Of a DNA stretch of 64,000 bases, positions 47,432-57,472 are shown in pieces. Each line of letters opens with the position of its first letter. Position 1 is the first letter of the stretch. Under the pieces are notes generated by a model. That model was given only the letters and a program-made list of their open reading frames with translations, was not told the DNA's origin and searched no databases. The position numbers were made by a program, and so were the translations under genes. The stretch lies in sequence record MK573636. One strand, given 5' to 3'. Origin of the DNA: Escherichia phage vB_EcoM_PHB13.

Positions 47432-48265
47432 TTAAAACTCTCTTACAATACGTGGACCCGGTGGAGTTGGCGCAACTGGTATTGGAATATCACTAGAATA
47501 TGATTCTTTGACAGTTCCGTCCCATTCTTCTTGCTCAACATCACGTTTAACGACCTCATGATCCACTGATTCAAAATTACCGCTAGGATTTAATTCACGA
47601 GAATTAGCATGAAAATCAAGATAAATCGTTCTGATTTCCCCCTTAACGTCGGTGGCTGGAGGATAGATAAACCCGATGAACTCAAACATAATGGTCCACT
47701 CAAGACGACGACGAGAAAACTTATCTTCGCCTACCTGTTCATCTGGAGTGATAGAACTAATTGTGACCTGAATATCTCGATCAATCCATACATCATTACC
47801 GTGTAGTTCTTTAATCTTACAGTTAAAATGAGGCTGGAAGTAAGGAAGAATCTGTTCAATTATCTGAAACATATCATCTTCGCTACGCGTATAAATCCCT
47901 AACTCGAAAGTAAACTTATATGGTACAGGATTATATTGTGTTACGCTCCTGATTCCATCCGCTGTATATTTTGGTACTGTCTTATTTGCAATATTGGTTT
48001 TAAAGTTCTGGGCGTATGTCATATCAATCAAAGAAAGACACATACGCGGTAAAATAGTTTCTACCTTTGCTACGTCTTCCTCACTTGAGATATTGTTATA
48101 TTTGTCCAGACTCATCATGAATTTTTCTTTCTTTGCGTAGGTAATTGGAACTTTAATATAACGCTCACCGTCACTACGCACCCTTTTAATTTGTACGCCG
48201 GAGAATAAATTACCCAGCAATACAATATACCGTCTAATTGACGAATTATAGTGCCAACCGAACAT
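47432..48265 (-). CDS. 15: tail sheath stabiliser / tail completion protein
   Basis: MFGWHYNSSIRRY ... RVPITYAKKEKFMM parallels T4 gp15 N-terminus; ORF track start 48295 is TTG. Confidence 0.75.
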   Translation of the reverse strand: MFGWHYNSSIRRYIVLLGNLFSGVQIKRVRSDGERYIKVPITYAKKEKFMMSLDKYNNISSEEDVAKVETILPRMCLSLIDMTYAQNFKTNIANKTVPKYTADGIRSVTQYNPVPYKFTFELGIYTRSEDDMFQIIEQILPYFQPHFNCKIKELHGNDVWIDRDIQVTISSITPDEQVGEDKFSRRRLEWTIMFEFIGFIYPPATDVKGEIRTIYLDFHANSRELNPSGNFESVDHEVVKRDVEQEEWDGTVKESYSSDIPIPVAPTPPGPRIVREF

Positions 48266-48291
48266 TTGACCCCCTTGTTTATGAGTATTTA

Positions 48292-49032
48292 TCAAAAATT
48301 AGCAAAAGGTGAACCAGTGCCATTAATTGGATCAAATGGGTCAATAAAATCTTGTCCTTCGCTTCTGAATTGCTTATCTTCTTTGTACTGATCTAAGTTG
48401 ATATCTGTTAACCCGTCCAGATTAGTGATCGGTGCAAGATCCAGATCCGCGAACTCATCAACGTTGATTCCCTCGTTGCGTTGTAATTCTGGTCGCAATT
48501 CCTCACCGCTATACACGAATTTCTCTGCAATGATTTTACGCATGGCATTTTTGCCAGCCTGAAAAAACGGCTGATATGGCTCGACGTAATTGATTTCAAA
48601 TAAATCATTACTCATTGGAATATAAATCAAGTCACCTGATTTTGGCTCTTGATCATCTACTTGATGTTTGAATAGGTTAGGATTAACCGTAAAAGTTAGT
48701 TCATCATTGGCTTGATAACCGAAACTAGAGAAGAAATTACCCGCGCCTTCATACCCATCAAATGAGTTAATATAAGCAGCAAATTTCCATGCTTTAGTAA
48801 ATTTGCTTTGAACATCCTCGCCAAAGATCATGTCTGGTTTGACAAATTCACGAGGGATGTAATATAATTCTACACCTCGCATCTGAATAGCTTCGGCGAC
48901 CATAACGTCGGCTAACGTCTGAGTATTTGTATATTTGTGAAAGTTCACATAAGGATTAAGAATCTCTGATTGTCGTGTATTCTCATAATCCTTTTGCGAT
49001 TCAAGGCGAGCAAAAAGAGTGTTGTTAAACAT
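48292..49032 (-). CDS. 14: neck protein
   Basis: 246 aa (T4 gp14 about 256); synteny. Confidence 0.6.
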   Translation of the reverse strand: MFNNTLFARLESQKDYENTRQSEILNPYVNFHKYTNTQTLADVMVAEAIQMRGVELYYIPREFVKPDMIFGEDVQSKFTKAWKFAAYINSFDGYEGAGNFFSSFGYQANDELTFTVNPNLFKHQVDDQEPKSGDLIYIPMSNDLFEINYVEPYQPFFQAGKNAMRKIIAEKFVYSGEELRPELQRNEGINVDEFADLDLAPITNLDGLTDINLDQYKEDKQFRSEGQDFIDPFDPINGTGSPFANF

Positions 49033-49937
49033 ATGTTACTCCAAATGGGGGAATACTCCCCCAATTTATTAATCTACGAAGAAATAATTTTTGTTTTTAT
49101 CGGTATTTGATTTAAGTCTTCCGACAATCAATCCTCGCTTAACGTTTAATTTTATAACAGCTTCTCCTATGCTATTGTATATCACTCCGTTGATGCTTAT
49201 TCTTCTTGATCTAGTGCTAGTTATTCCGAGTCTAGATTTGCTAATTCTTTCTCTCCATTCTTTAGTAAAAACACGTCCGGTGTGTTTTTGTCTTATTTTA
49301 TCTTTCACCTCATCGGATAACGATAGCCCCTTATGTGAATCAGACATTTTTCTTCTCGTTTCTTCTGTATGTCTTTTTCCTAAATTAATCATCCTTAACT
49401 TTTCTTTTGTCTCCTCTGCAATAACTTTTCCTAAGTTATTTTGTCTCATCTTTTCTTTTGTTTCTTCCGTGTGCTTCCTTCCCTTTTGAGATGCGGACAT
49501 CTTTTGTCTTGCATCTTTAGTATGTTTCCTTCCGGTATTTTTCTCTGAGATCTTTTTTCTCATTTCTTCTATCTTTGCTTCATCAGAAACCTTCCACATA
49601 CAAACAGTGCCACCGCCTTCTGCTATATTATATGTGTCTTCTCTCCTGACAAAATCAACCGTAACAATCCTTGCCTCTTCTTTATCCGCATCTTCTCTGC
49701 TATCAAATTTTGACAATATCTCTTTAGTGAAATTTTCTAATCCGTGATGCTTAATAGCTTGTTTTATTATTTTTCCACTTCCCATGTATTTTGTATCGTC
49801 TTCTGCCAATCCATCACAAGACCGAACACCTACGTAAATCTTATCGTTTATTTTGTTGGTTATTTTGTATACATAATGTTCCATTTAGTATCTCCGATAT
49901 AACATAGGGTATATGATAACATATACCCATATTTATT
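49033..49937 (-). mobile_element. free-standing homing endonuclease insertion between genes 13 and 14
   Basis: GIY-YIG endonuclease gene flanked by hairpins; T4 has genes 13 and 14 adjacent. Confidence 0.45.
49069..49884 (-). CDS. GIY-YIG homing endonuclease (Seg-like)
   Basis: N-terminal YVYKITNKINDKIYVGV ... GSGK; repeated NUMOD3-like units EETKEKMRQNNLGK, EETKEKLRMINLGKRHTEETRRKMSDSHKG. Confidence 0.7.
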   Translation of the reverse strand: MEHYVYKITNKINDKIYVGVRSCDGLAEDDTKYMGSGKIIKQAIKHHGLENFTKEILSKFDSREDADKEEARIVTVDFVRREDTYNIAEGGGTVCMWKVSDEAKIEEMRKKISEKNTGRKHTKDARQKMSASQKGRKHTEETKEKMRQNNLGKVIAEETKEKLRMINLGKRHTEETRRKMSDSHKGLSLSDEVKDKIRQKHTGRVFTKEWRERISKSRLGITSTRSRRISINGVIYNSIGEAVIKLNVKRGLIVGRLKSNTDKNKNYFFVD

Positions 49938-50870
49938 TTATATCATTAGTATACCAAATGGTGGATCTAAGTCAAGTAATTCTTGTCGTAATTTCTCAAT
50001 ATCCGCGCGTGCTTCTTCGATGATTCTGACACCATCAACTGTTACACCACCTGGTAATTGCAACCCTTGATGTTTAGCTAAGATCTGCCCCCATAGCTCA
50101 CGAGTAAACGCGGTCGCGCAGTCTTTAACCCAGCGGTTATTATATGCGCCCTGCTTGTTCTCACTGATCGGTCCCATGCCAGCAACAATCCCGCTTAAAC
50201 CAGCAGTTGGATTATCATAAACGGCGCTAATCCCGCCAGCGGTAGAACATCCTCCAGCATGAGCATAACCAGCAACCGCGCCGATCATATCAGGAACGTC
50301 TACATAGCTTTTAACATATAATTCAACAACAATGAGATCACCTTCTCGGAAGTTTCCTGTAATCTTAAGTTGTCCGTTTGCGCTATTATACCAATAGTCT
50401 GGCAGTGGATTAAGCATATTTTGCATAGTGGCTCGATAGCTCATAAGCTGTTCGAAATATCCTAGATCACCGCCCATTGCATTTGGACCATAAAATTTAC
50501 TACATCCAGATCCTAAACCGCCATTTACACCAGCTAAACCCAACAGAAAGTCAGTAAACCACGGATAAACGGCAGTGCCATCCATCGTAGCCGCGCTACC
50601 TACGTTTGTTCTAATTATTTTAGTTACTGCGAATACCCCAGAATCGCTTAAATCAAATACCCCGTGTTGCGCTTGCTCTGCACTAACACGAAATACTTTA
50701 TATCCTTTATTCACACCATCGAAATGATATTCCCCATAGAGTTCTAATGCTCTCTGAATACAATCGTAAATCTGGTCTTCTGTTACTTCTACGTTAATTA
50801 CTGGTGCGCCTAAACGACGCAGAATAGCGTCTTTTAATTCTCTTGGGTTATTTGTTACATATCCTGACAT
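49938..50870 (-). CDS. 13: neck protein
   Basis: 310 aa (T4 gp13 about 309); synteny wac - 13 - 14. Confidence 0.65.
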   Translation of the reverse strand: MSGYVTNNPRELKDAILRRLGAPVINVEVTEDQIYDCIQRALELYGEYHFDGVNKGYKVFRVSAEQAQHGVFDLSDSGVFAVTKIIRTNVGSAATMDGTAVYPWFTDFLLGLAGVNGGLGSGCSKFYGPNAMGGDLGYFEQLMSYRATMQNMLNPLPDYWYNSANGQLKITGNFREGDLIVVELYVKSYVDVPDMIGAVAGYAHAGGCSTAGGISAVYDNPTAGLSGIVAGMGPISENKQGAYNNRWVKDCATAFTRELWGQILAKHQGLQLPGGVTVDGVRIIEEARADIEKLRQELLDLDPPFGILMI

Positions 50871-50879
50871 AATATCACC

Positions 50880-50908
50880 TATAAACGAAAAAGGGGCTTA
50901 ACGCCCCT
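50880..50908 (-). terminator. rho-independent terminator after wac
   Basis: AGGGGCTTAACGCCCCT hairpin followed on minus strand by TTTTTCGTTTAT. Confidence 0.6.
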
Positions 50909-50916
50909 TTAATTTC

Positions 50917-52686
50917 TTATACCGGAGAAATTCCAAAGAGGAACTCTTTAATTTGTAGCTGTTGCGCTAATGCTTCTTCGGATACGCCCTTAATGCGAAT
51001 ATCGATCCGGTCGCCCTTTTCAATATTTAGGAAAGCACTGGTAGAATAGCTAATTAAATCATCAGCTCCATAATGACCATTTCGTACCTCATGTACAATC
51101 AGACCATTTTTAGCAATACCGACTACGAAAGTAGCGTTATGTGCCGCATTTACAGAACAACGGAAATCACAACGGAATAAGCCTTTGTCGTTAACCGTAA
51201 CAAGAGATTCGCTCTTAACCATTCCACGCGCAGGAACTTCTTCGGTCATATCGTTTAGCGGAATCGGTTTATAAACATCCTGTTCGTCAAGTTCAACCGT
51301 AATATCTGCGGTATTTTTAAATGCTCCAGCAGCATATGCAACTTGCACCCATTCGCCGTGCTTACGCAGATAATGAAAACCGTCATCAGGTACATCATCT
51401 ACTTTGTTTCCGTTAGATGTTTGTAGCTCTTTGACGATTTTAATCACGCCTTTCTGAGTAAATGGATCTTCTGAACCATCATCGCCATAGATATCACTTG
51501 ATAGTTTAATAACGCCAGCGGTCAAACCTGATTCGCGATCACCTACAAGCTGTTCCATGTCCTGTACGCTTGCTTCTAACCGACCCTGAGTGTTTTCTAC
51601 AACTTTAATACGTCCGGCTAGAGTATGTCGATCGCTGTCAGTGCCAATCTCATTGGAAAGTCGAACAACTTCACCGCGCAAACCGTCAGCACCGCTTACA
51701 CCAACAACCTGTTTAAGATCTAAAAATTCTCGCTCTGTGTTGGTTAATCGATAATCAATGCTTCCAGCCGATTGAGGCGTTCCGATCTTATTCTCGACAG
51801 CCAGAAGACGAGGACGAATACCGGAATCTACACCATTAACATCATTGTTTAGACGTTCATAATTAGTTCCCAGCGTAGTGACTTTAGTCCCGATATCAGG
51901 GATTGAATCAAACAAAATTGCTTTCTTGACTTCTAGAACTTCGTTTGATAAGTTAGCAATGTTTCTTGCGTTGGTGCGGAGACGAACATACACATTTTCT
52001 TGTGTTGCAAGAGACGTGTCGCCGATCTCACTGCGCATTTTGTTAACTTGTCTTGTTAACTCGCCTACGTCAGAATCTTGCCAGTCGTTTTCAAGCTGAA
52101 CGATTCGGCGACCGTGGTCATTTAATGCTGCGGTATTCTGAATAACTCGGTATTTGATGCCAGAACCGGAACTGCCAGCATCAGGGGAACCATTGATATT
52201 AAAGTTAGGATAAGAACCCATTTCTTGTTTGATGAAAGAAATGTCATCATAGATTGTTCTTGTGCTAGGATCGGCAGCGGGGCGATCACCAATCTTGATG
52301 TTAAGTTCTGATACAGCGTCTACCGTTGTTTGCAGAGTTCTTGCTGTTTCTCCTAAGTTCTCTTCGACGGATTCAACTTTTGCGACAGTCTGGTTAACCA
52401 CATCAATGATACTTCCGTCAGAAATTACCCCTAAAGTTGTTTTAATATCGTTAACCGCCGTTACAACCTCGTTAACTTTAGCGACGGTTGATTTTGCGTT
52501 TTCGTTTACGCGTGCAACGTTTTCTTGAATTGCAACAGGGGCGCGGTTAAGCGTCCCGTCATTGCCAGTCTGTGTCGTTGCTGCGCTTAAACATTCGCCA
52601 TTCTTGATCCAGTTAATACGGTGCTGTCCTTCGCTTGGTACACCGTCAACATGTGGGATCTCGTGGATGTTTAATTGTTCAATCAT
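50917..52686 (-). CDS. wac: fibritin (whisker) with C-terminal extension
   Basis: N-terminal HVDGVPSEGQHRINWIKNGE parallels T4 Wac; foldon-like HYLRKHGEWVQV followed by about 110 extra residues. Confidence 0.75.
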   Translation of the reverse strand: MIEQLNIHEIPHVDGVPSEGQHRINWIKNGECLSAATTQTGNDGTLNRAPVAIQENVARVNENAKSTVAKVNEVVTAVNDIKTTLGVISDGSIIDVVNQTVAKVESVEENLGETARTLQTTVDAVSELNIKIGDRPAADPSTRTIYDDISFIKQEMGSYPNFNINGSPDAGSSGSGIKYRVIQNTAALNDHGRRIVQLENDWQDSDVGELTRQVNKMRSEIGDTSLATQENVYVRLRTNARNIANLSNEVLEVKKAILFDSIPDIGTKVTTLGTNYERLNNDVNGVDSGIRPRLLAVENKIGTPQSAGSIDYRLTNTEREFLDLKQVVGVSGADGLRGEVVRLSNEIGTDSDRHTLAGRIKVVENTQGRLEASVQDMEQLVGDRESGLTAGVIKLSSDIYGDDGSEDPFTQKGVIKIVKELQTSNGNKVDDVPDDGFHYLRKHGEWVQVAYAAGAFKNTADITVELDEQDVYKPIPLNDMTEEVPARGMVKSESLVTVNDKGLFRCDFRCSVNAAHNATFVVGIAKNGLIVHEVRNGHYGADDLISYSTSAFLNIEKGDRIDIRIKGVSEEALAQQLQIKEFLFGISPV

Positions 52687-54086
52687 TAGCGCACCCTTAT
52701 GATATAGTTTAATGCCAGACTCTTGACGCGAGTCTCGTTAGCCGTTCTTACGGATCTTCCTGAGTCAAAGTTAACAGTAGTACCCCAATCATCACCACCA
52801 CCGTTTTTATAGTTCGTGCTCCATTGACCGCGCTGTGCAGTAAATGCTCCACCATACCAACCGCGCCAGCGGTCAGCTACAGGGAATTTACCAGTAATTC
52901 TCTGCATTGCGTCTTCTTGATAAGAACCAAATCGACGACCTGGATCAAGGTTTCTTCCATGATCGCAACCACGAGCAACTAAACCGCGCATATCAGGAAT
53001 GTTAAAATTGTCACCTGAACCACCAAAGGTATAACCAATCGCAGAAAATAATTGCGGATATTGATTTTTATTCAGCGAACGACCATTACAGATCAGAAAG
53101 TCACCTCGATCGGCATTGAATCCAGAAAGGATAATACCACCAATTGGCATTGCGTGATTCGCTAATTCATTTTTAGTAACAAACTGGTTGCCGTCTGAGT
53201 TTGAACCTTTATAGACGTTTCCGCTTACCGTACCGCCAGTGCTAGGAAGAACCTTAGCATTTGCTGATAGTGCAGCGTTAGCCTCACTTCCCACGGTGTC
53301 TCGTAGTTTAACAATACCGTATTGAGACGTTGTTGCCTTAGTGCTTGCAAACTTCTTAGCAGAAACAACTACAGTATCATCTGAACCAGCATTCATCTGT
53401 GACTGACTGGCGATCTTAACAGTACCCGCCTGATTCTCATTGGCGCGAGCATTTGCAAATGCATAAGGACTAATTGCAAAACCTTCTCGAATCTGGCCTT
53501 GTAAAACTTGCGCATTGGTTGCTAACTGAACTAAACCCTGTGCGCTTTCGGTTGCTGTGTTTTGATCTGGAATTAATCCAGGTACAATCTGTGCAATGGC
53601 AGTGTGCATCTTTTTCGGTGTTACTGCCATTGTGTCATCACTGCCAATCTTTGCCGCCTCAAGAGAACATATCTTAATAGTCCCCTGAACGCTCTCTGAC
53701 GCCTTTTTAGTGGTGAAGTAATGGTTTAGTGTGTCTGGACCGATTGCTATGTTCTCGTTGCTCTCTTGCAGCGATTCTTCCATCGTGGCAAATCGGGTAA
53801 TGCCTTTTACTTCTTTTGTGGCATCTGGACGTGACATTTTAACAGCCAGTGTTTTTGGAGTCACGATCTTATTGTCTACTGTCCCGTCGTTTACTTCTTC
53901 CTGAGTTGCGATTGCAGCGATCCCGGCTGTATCTTCCGTAGCGTCCGGTAATCCATTTACGGCAAAGCCATTAATAGCGGCTAAAGCCGCTTGTACGTTG
54001 GTAATGCTTTGAGGCCAATCATTTACAGGGTTAAACTTGACGTATTGAGCATCGTCTTTTACATGGTTAATAGTATTGTTTGCCAT
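52686..54086 (-). CDS. 12: short tail fibre
   Basis: N-terminal MANNTINHV..DAQYVKFNP ... QAALAAI ... GLPDA and C-terminal SLALNYIIRVR match T4 gp12. Confidence 0.85.
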   Translation of the reverse strand: MANNTINHVKDDAQYVKFNPVNDWPQSITNVQAALAAINGFAVNGLPDATEDTAGIAAIATQEEVNDGTVDNKIVTPKTLAVKMSRPDATKEVKGITRFATMEESLQESNENIAIGPDTLNHYFTTKKASESVQGTIKICSLEAAKIGSDDTMAVTPKKMHTAIAQIVPGLIPDQNTATESAQGLVQLATNAQVLQGQIREGFAISPYAFANARANENQAGTVKIASQSQMNAGSDDTVVVSAKKFASTKATTSQYGIVKLRDTVGSEANAALSANAKVLPSTGGTVSGNVYKGSNSDGNQFVTKNELANHAMPIGGIILSGFNADRGDFLICNGRSLNKNQYPQLFSAIGYTFGGSGDNFNIPDMRGLVARGCDHGRNLDPGRRFGSYQEDAMQRITGKFPVADRWRGWYGGAFTAQRGQWSTNYKNGGGDDWGTTVNFDSGRSVRTANETRVKSLALNYIIRVR

Positions 54087-54097
54087 TATACATCACC

Positions 54098-54742
54098 TTA
54101 TGCAATACGTTTGAAATAATATAGGGTAGTTCCAAATTTCTCTTCTGTACCCATTCGAGACCATGAACCATAACCAACACGAGCAGGAGAATCAACATTT
54201 CCTGTGATTGTAATTCCGTACTTGTTAATATCGGTTGGTGGATGTTCAAGAGAATCGATATAATGAATTTCTAATTGGTCGTTGCTACTTCCTTTTCTTT
54301 TTACTTCTTTGAACATAATGTTTTTATTCATTAGTTCGGTAAATTTTTCCGTTACTTTCTCACATAGAGAAACGCCGGAAGACCCAACATCAACAATAAA
54401 TGGATAACCCAAAACATCAATTAATACTTTGTTTGCGTCTGGATTATGCTGATTGTTAACAGAACCAGAAAATGACAGAGTTTCAATCTGTCCTGCGGCT
54501 TGTGGTGGAGTTGAGTTGGTTGTAACCAACACATCACCAATTCGGATCATTGACAATGAATAAAGGTCATCAATTGCAGATTGAACGTTGCTTACATAGG
54601 AACCTTTTCTTGATTGATCGACATTAACACCACCGATAGGACGAGAACCACCGATAACAGGATCTTTCGATCCTGGATCGTATGAAATAAACGCCGCATC
54701 GCTGGAAAATACACTAGCTTTTGAACGTGTTTTCGAAATCAT
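54098..54742 (-). CDS. 11: baseplate wedge / short-fibre attachment protein
   Basis: 214 aa (T4 gp11 about 219); synteny. Confidence 0.65.
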   Translation of the reverse strand: MISKTRSKASVFSSDAAFISYDPGSKDPVIGGSRPIGGVNVDQSRKGSYVSNVQSAIDDLYSLSMIRIGDVLVTTNSTPPQAAGQIETLSFSGSVNNQHNPDANKVLIDVLGYPFIVDVGSSGVSLCEKVTEKFTELMNKNIMFKEVKRKGSSNDQLEIHYIDSLEHPPTDINKYGITITGNVDSPARVGYGSWSRMGTEEKFGTTLYYFKRIA

Positions 54743-54743
54743 A

Positions 54744-56546
54744 TTAACCTACCCTTAGCCAACGATAGACAGTTCTGTATGGAGGAAGAATACCAATCAT
54801 TGACGGGTCGGTATTTCCCTGATTAACTTTAACATTATCTTCGCGATATTTGGTAAACGCTGGACCTACTGCATCAGGATCTACCTGACAACCACCGATA
54901 ATAATATTTCCGTTATCATCTTTTACAAGAACTCGATCGTCGCTCTGTAATTCAGGAATCATATTTTTCTTGATCTGGTATGCAACATCACCACCGTTAC
55001 CCCCTGCGGTGTGTGTAGGTTGACCATGTGTATCAAGATCGTTGTTGTTTAGTGCGAAGTTTTGATCGCTTGCGTCAGAAGACCAACCAACTAAAAATTC
55101 TTTTTCTGCATAACGTACCCATGTACCAAATCCCATATATGTCGCTGGGTTAGCTGGGTTATGCGCATTTTCATAAATTGTGCCTATAGGATAGAAAATA
55201 TCGAATATGGAATAGATATCCATCACACGACCTGTATAATCTTCCATTGGGCGTTTAGTTGCTTGGCTTGGATTCTGGAAATCGGTATATTCAATTCGAT
55301 TTGTCAGAGTAACTTCATCTTCGTTATTAAGATAGATTTTATCTGCTTTTTCTTTAATACCGCCTACACCGTCCCATTCCATTAATGTTCCGATATCATT
55401 ATTAAACCAGCGAATTGTGATAGTATCTCGGTTATCTAGTGCTTTAGATAATTTAATACCAGTCACCACGCTGTTTTCGTCGAACATCAATGAATAATCT
55501 TCCCCAGATTCCACCCATTGACCGCCAGCAAGTACGCAGGTTTCTTCCGTTTCACCGTCAGCGCCTTCACAAATAAAGGAAGGTAAATCCGCATCACCCG
55601 CTTTAATCATTTGTGTGCCGTTGATCAGCAATTCAAATGAATTTGGATTAATAAGATCTCGCTTACTTACGCCTAATTCAACATTAGTAAATTCTTTCTT
55701 ATTAGCTAGTTCACCAACCCAAACTTCACCAGGGATGGATTCCAAAGTGGTCATTCCTGTTTCATAAACGCGGATTGTATGAGTAATATAGCTTGACCGG
55801 AAGGATGCGATACCGTCCATATAAGTTATGATTTGAATGGTATCACCCGCCGAACAAGGGAAGCGTAATTTAATGCTTTTACCGTCCAGCGGAACAATAT
55901 CACCGTTTTCACCGATTGATCCATAGTTAGAATCATCGGTTAAATCCTTGCCATAATAAAGCAAGTTACCGCGATAATACACTTCAACATTTCGAATATT
56001 GTAAGTATTGGAACCAAACACATTAGGGAAGTCTGTTTGTCCTTCGGTTGCAATATAAACTTCTTTGGCAACTGTGCTTAAATCGGAAGTGGTGATAGTA
56101 TCTACTCGTTTATTTTCGACATATTCCCAACGTCCAGGCGCACAATAAACCAATTCAACATCCATGAAATCTTTATACAACTCACGGTCGATTGGAGATC
56201 CCTTAATGGTATCACCTTGTGCTGGCTTCAACGTTACGTTATGTGCAGCCCATGAGCGCCAAACATCACGAAGTTTAATTGTTTTATTATAATCACTCGC
56301 GCTTCCTTTAGGCAATTCAACAGAAACAGCGTTGTTCGTTGTATTAATCGCCCATGCATCACCAAAATTTGGTTTTAATACTGGTTGTGTGTGAGTTTTC
56401 CACGCGCCGGATGCATGAGGGATATCACCATCCCCCAGCTTATTATAAAGTTCAGAAAAGTTGTCATTAATCTTTTGACCACCTTTTCTTAGATAATCAC
56501 CTGTACCGTCATCAACAACGTTACCGATATTAATTAATTGTTTCAT
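54744..56546 (-). CDS. 10: baseplate wedge subunit and tail pin
   Basis: 600 aa (T4 gp10 about 602); synteny. Confidence 0.7.
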   Translation of the reverse strand: MKQLINIGNVVDDGTGDYLRKGGQKINDNFSELYNKLGDGDIPHASGAWKTHTQPVLKPNFGDAWAINTTNNAVSVELPKGSASDYNKTIKLRDVWRSWAAHNVTLKPAQGDTIKGSPIDRELYKDFMDVELVYCAPGRWEYVENKRVDTITTSDLSTVAKEVYIATEGQTDFPNVFGSNTYNIRNVEVYYRGNLLYYGKDLTDDSNYGSIGENGDIVPLDGKSIKLRFPCSAGDTIQIITYMDGIASFRSSYITHTIRVYETGMTTLESIPGEVWVGELANKKEFTNVELGVSKRDLINPNSFELLINGTQMIKAGDADLPSFICEGADGETEETCVLAGGQWVESGEDYSLMFDENSVVTGIKLSKALDNRDTITIRWFNNDIGTLMEWDGVGGIKEKADKIYLNNEDEVTLTNRIEYTDFQNPSQATKRPMEDYTGRVMDIYSIFDIFYPIGTIYENAHNPANPATYMGFGTWVRYAEKEFLVGWSSDASDQNFALNNNDLDTHGQPTHTAGGNGGDVAYQIKKNMIPELQSDDRVLVKDDNGNIIIGGCQVDPDAVGPAFTKYREDNVKVNQGNTDPSMIGILPPYRTVYRWLRVG

Positions 56547-57397
56547 GTAGCAACCCCGATTTTAATAGTGTCTACGGCTTTAACTGCTAAACGAATATTT
56601 TCGCCAGTAGCCTTATACTCTGCATATACTTTATCGCCGGAACCGATGAAATAACGAACCGTGTATAGTTCATCTTCTGTCTTCTGCAAAACTGCATATT
56701 CCGTCGCATAAACTTTTCCGGCTTTAGAATCAATCATCAGTAGCGTTTCACTTGAACGCATTTTTGAACCGGATGTATTGCTAGCGGTAGTTAATAATTT
56801 GATGGAAACGTATTCTGTTTTTGCGGCAATAGCAACGTTTGTTGCTACTCCAGTTACGTTAACTGTTTTATCTAATGGCGTTGTTGTATCGGTAAACATA
56901 CTTTCGATACCCAATCTCCACGTTACGCGACTACCTTCAACGGCAGTACACCAAACAGTGACTTTTGAAAATGGTTGTGTTATTGTAGCATCACCGGAAT
57001 AACCGCTAATAGAATCACCTGCTTGAGTTCGAATATTGAGCGGTGTCGTCGTTGAAAGGCTACCGTTACTATTTATGAATACAACACCCTCGCCGACCTT
57101 TGCTTTAGGTAGAATAGCAATAAGTGCGCCTTGAGTTGTATCGATATCGTGTAGACTCCCAATCTCAACAGCGGAACCAGCGTAGCTTTGACGTGGATGT
57201 TTCTGATAGTATCCGGTTGCATGAATAACCATTCTTCCCACGCCGTGGTCTACGTCTTTAAACCGTTGATCAGCGAATGCGTCATAGATTGAATCAAAGT
57301 TATCGTTAATTTTATTACCGCCATCATATAAGATATCGCCAGTCGATGGATTGCCGACAGTACCTGTGTCTATTCTTTTCTTTGGAACTTGTGCCAT
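56543..57397 (-). CDS. 9: baseplate wedge protein, long-fibre socket
   Basis: 284 aa (T4 gp9 about 288); synteny. Confidence 0.65.
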   Translation of the reverse strand: MAQVPKKRIDTGTVGNPSTGDILYDGGNKINDNFDSIYDAFADQRFKDVDHGVGRMVIHATGYYQKHPRQSYAGSAVEIGSLHDIDTTQGALIAILPKAKVGEGVVFINSNGSLSTTTPLNIRTQAGDSISGYSGDATITQPFSKVTVWCTAVEGSRVTWRLGIESMFTDTTTPLDKTVNVTGVATNVAIAAKTEYVSIKLLTTASNTSGSKMRSSETLLMIDSKAGKVYATEYAVLQKTEDELYTVRYFIGSGDKVYAEYKATGENIRLAVKAVDTIKIGVAT

Positions 57398-57424
57398 TGT
57401 TTAATTCCTCATGTTATGATGTAT

Positions 57425-57432
57425 TATTTATA
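57425..57432 (-). promoter_or_regulatory. T4-type late promoter
   Basis: Exact TATAAATA about 28 nt upstream of gene 9 ATG. Confidence 0.6.
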
Positions 57433-57467
57433 AAATACATACAAAAAAGCCGCCCACAAGGACGGCT
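57433..57467 (-). terminator. rho-independent terminator after methyltransferase gene
   Basis: AGCCGTCC-loop-GGGCGGCT hairpin followed on minus strand by TTTTTTGTATGTATTTT. Confidence 0.6.
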
Positions 57468-57472
57468 TATAA

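Noticed and set aside
49069-49884. Group I intron hosting the GIY-YIG endonuclease
   Set aside because: The flanking genes 13 and 14 are each intact and complete, so the endonuclease gene is free-standing and not intron-encoded.
50815-50825. Apparent 1-nt frame offset in gene 13 near 50820 when codons are counted by hand from the printed coordinates
   Set aside because: The ORF track gives an uninterrupted 310-aa product across this point, so a hand-counting or transcription error on my side is the likelier explanation. Not reported as a frameshift or pseudogene.
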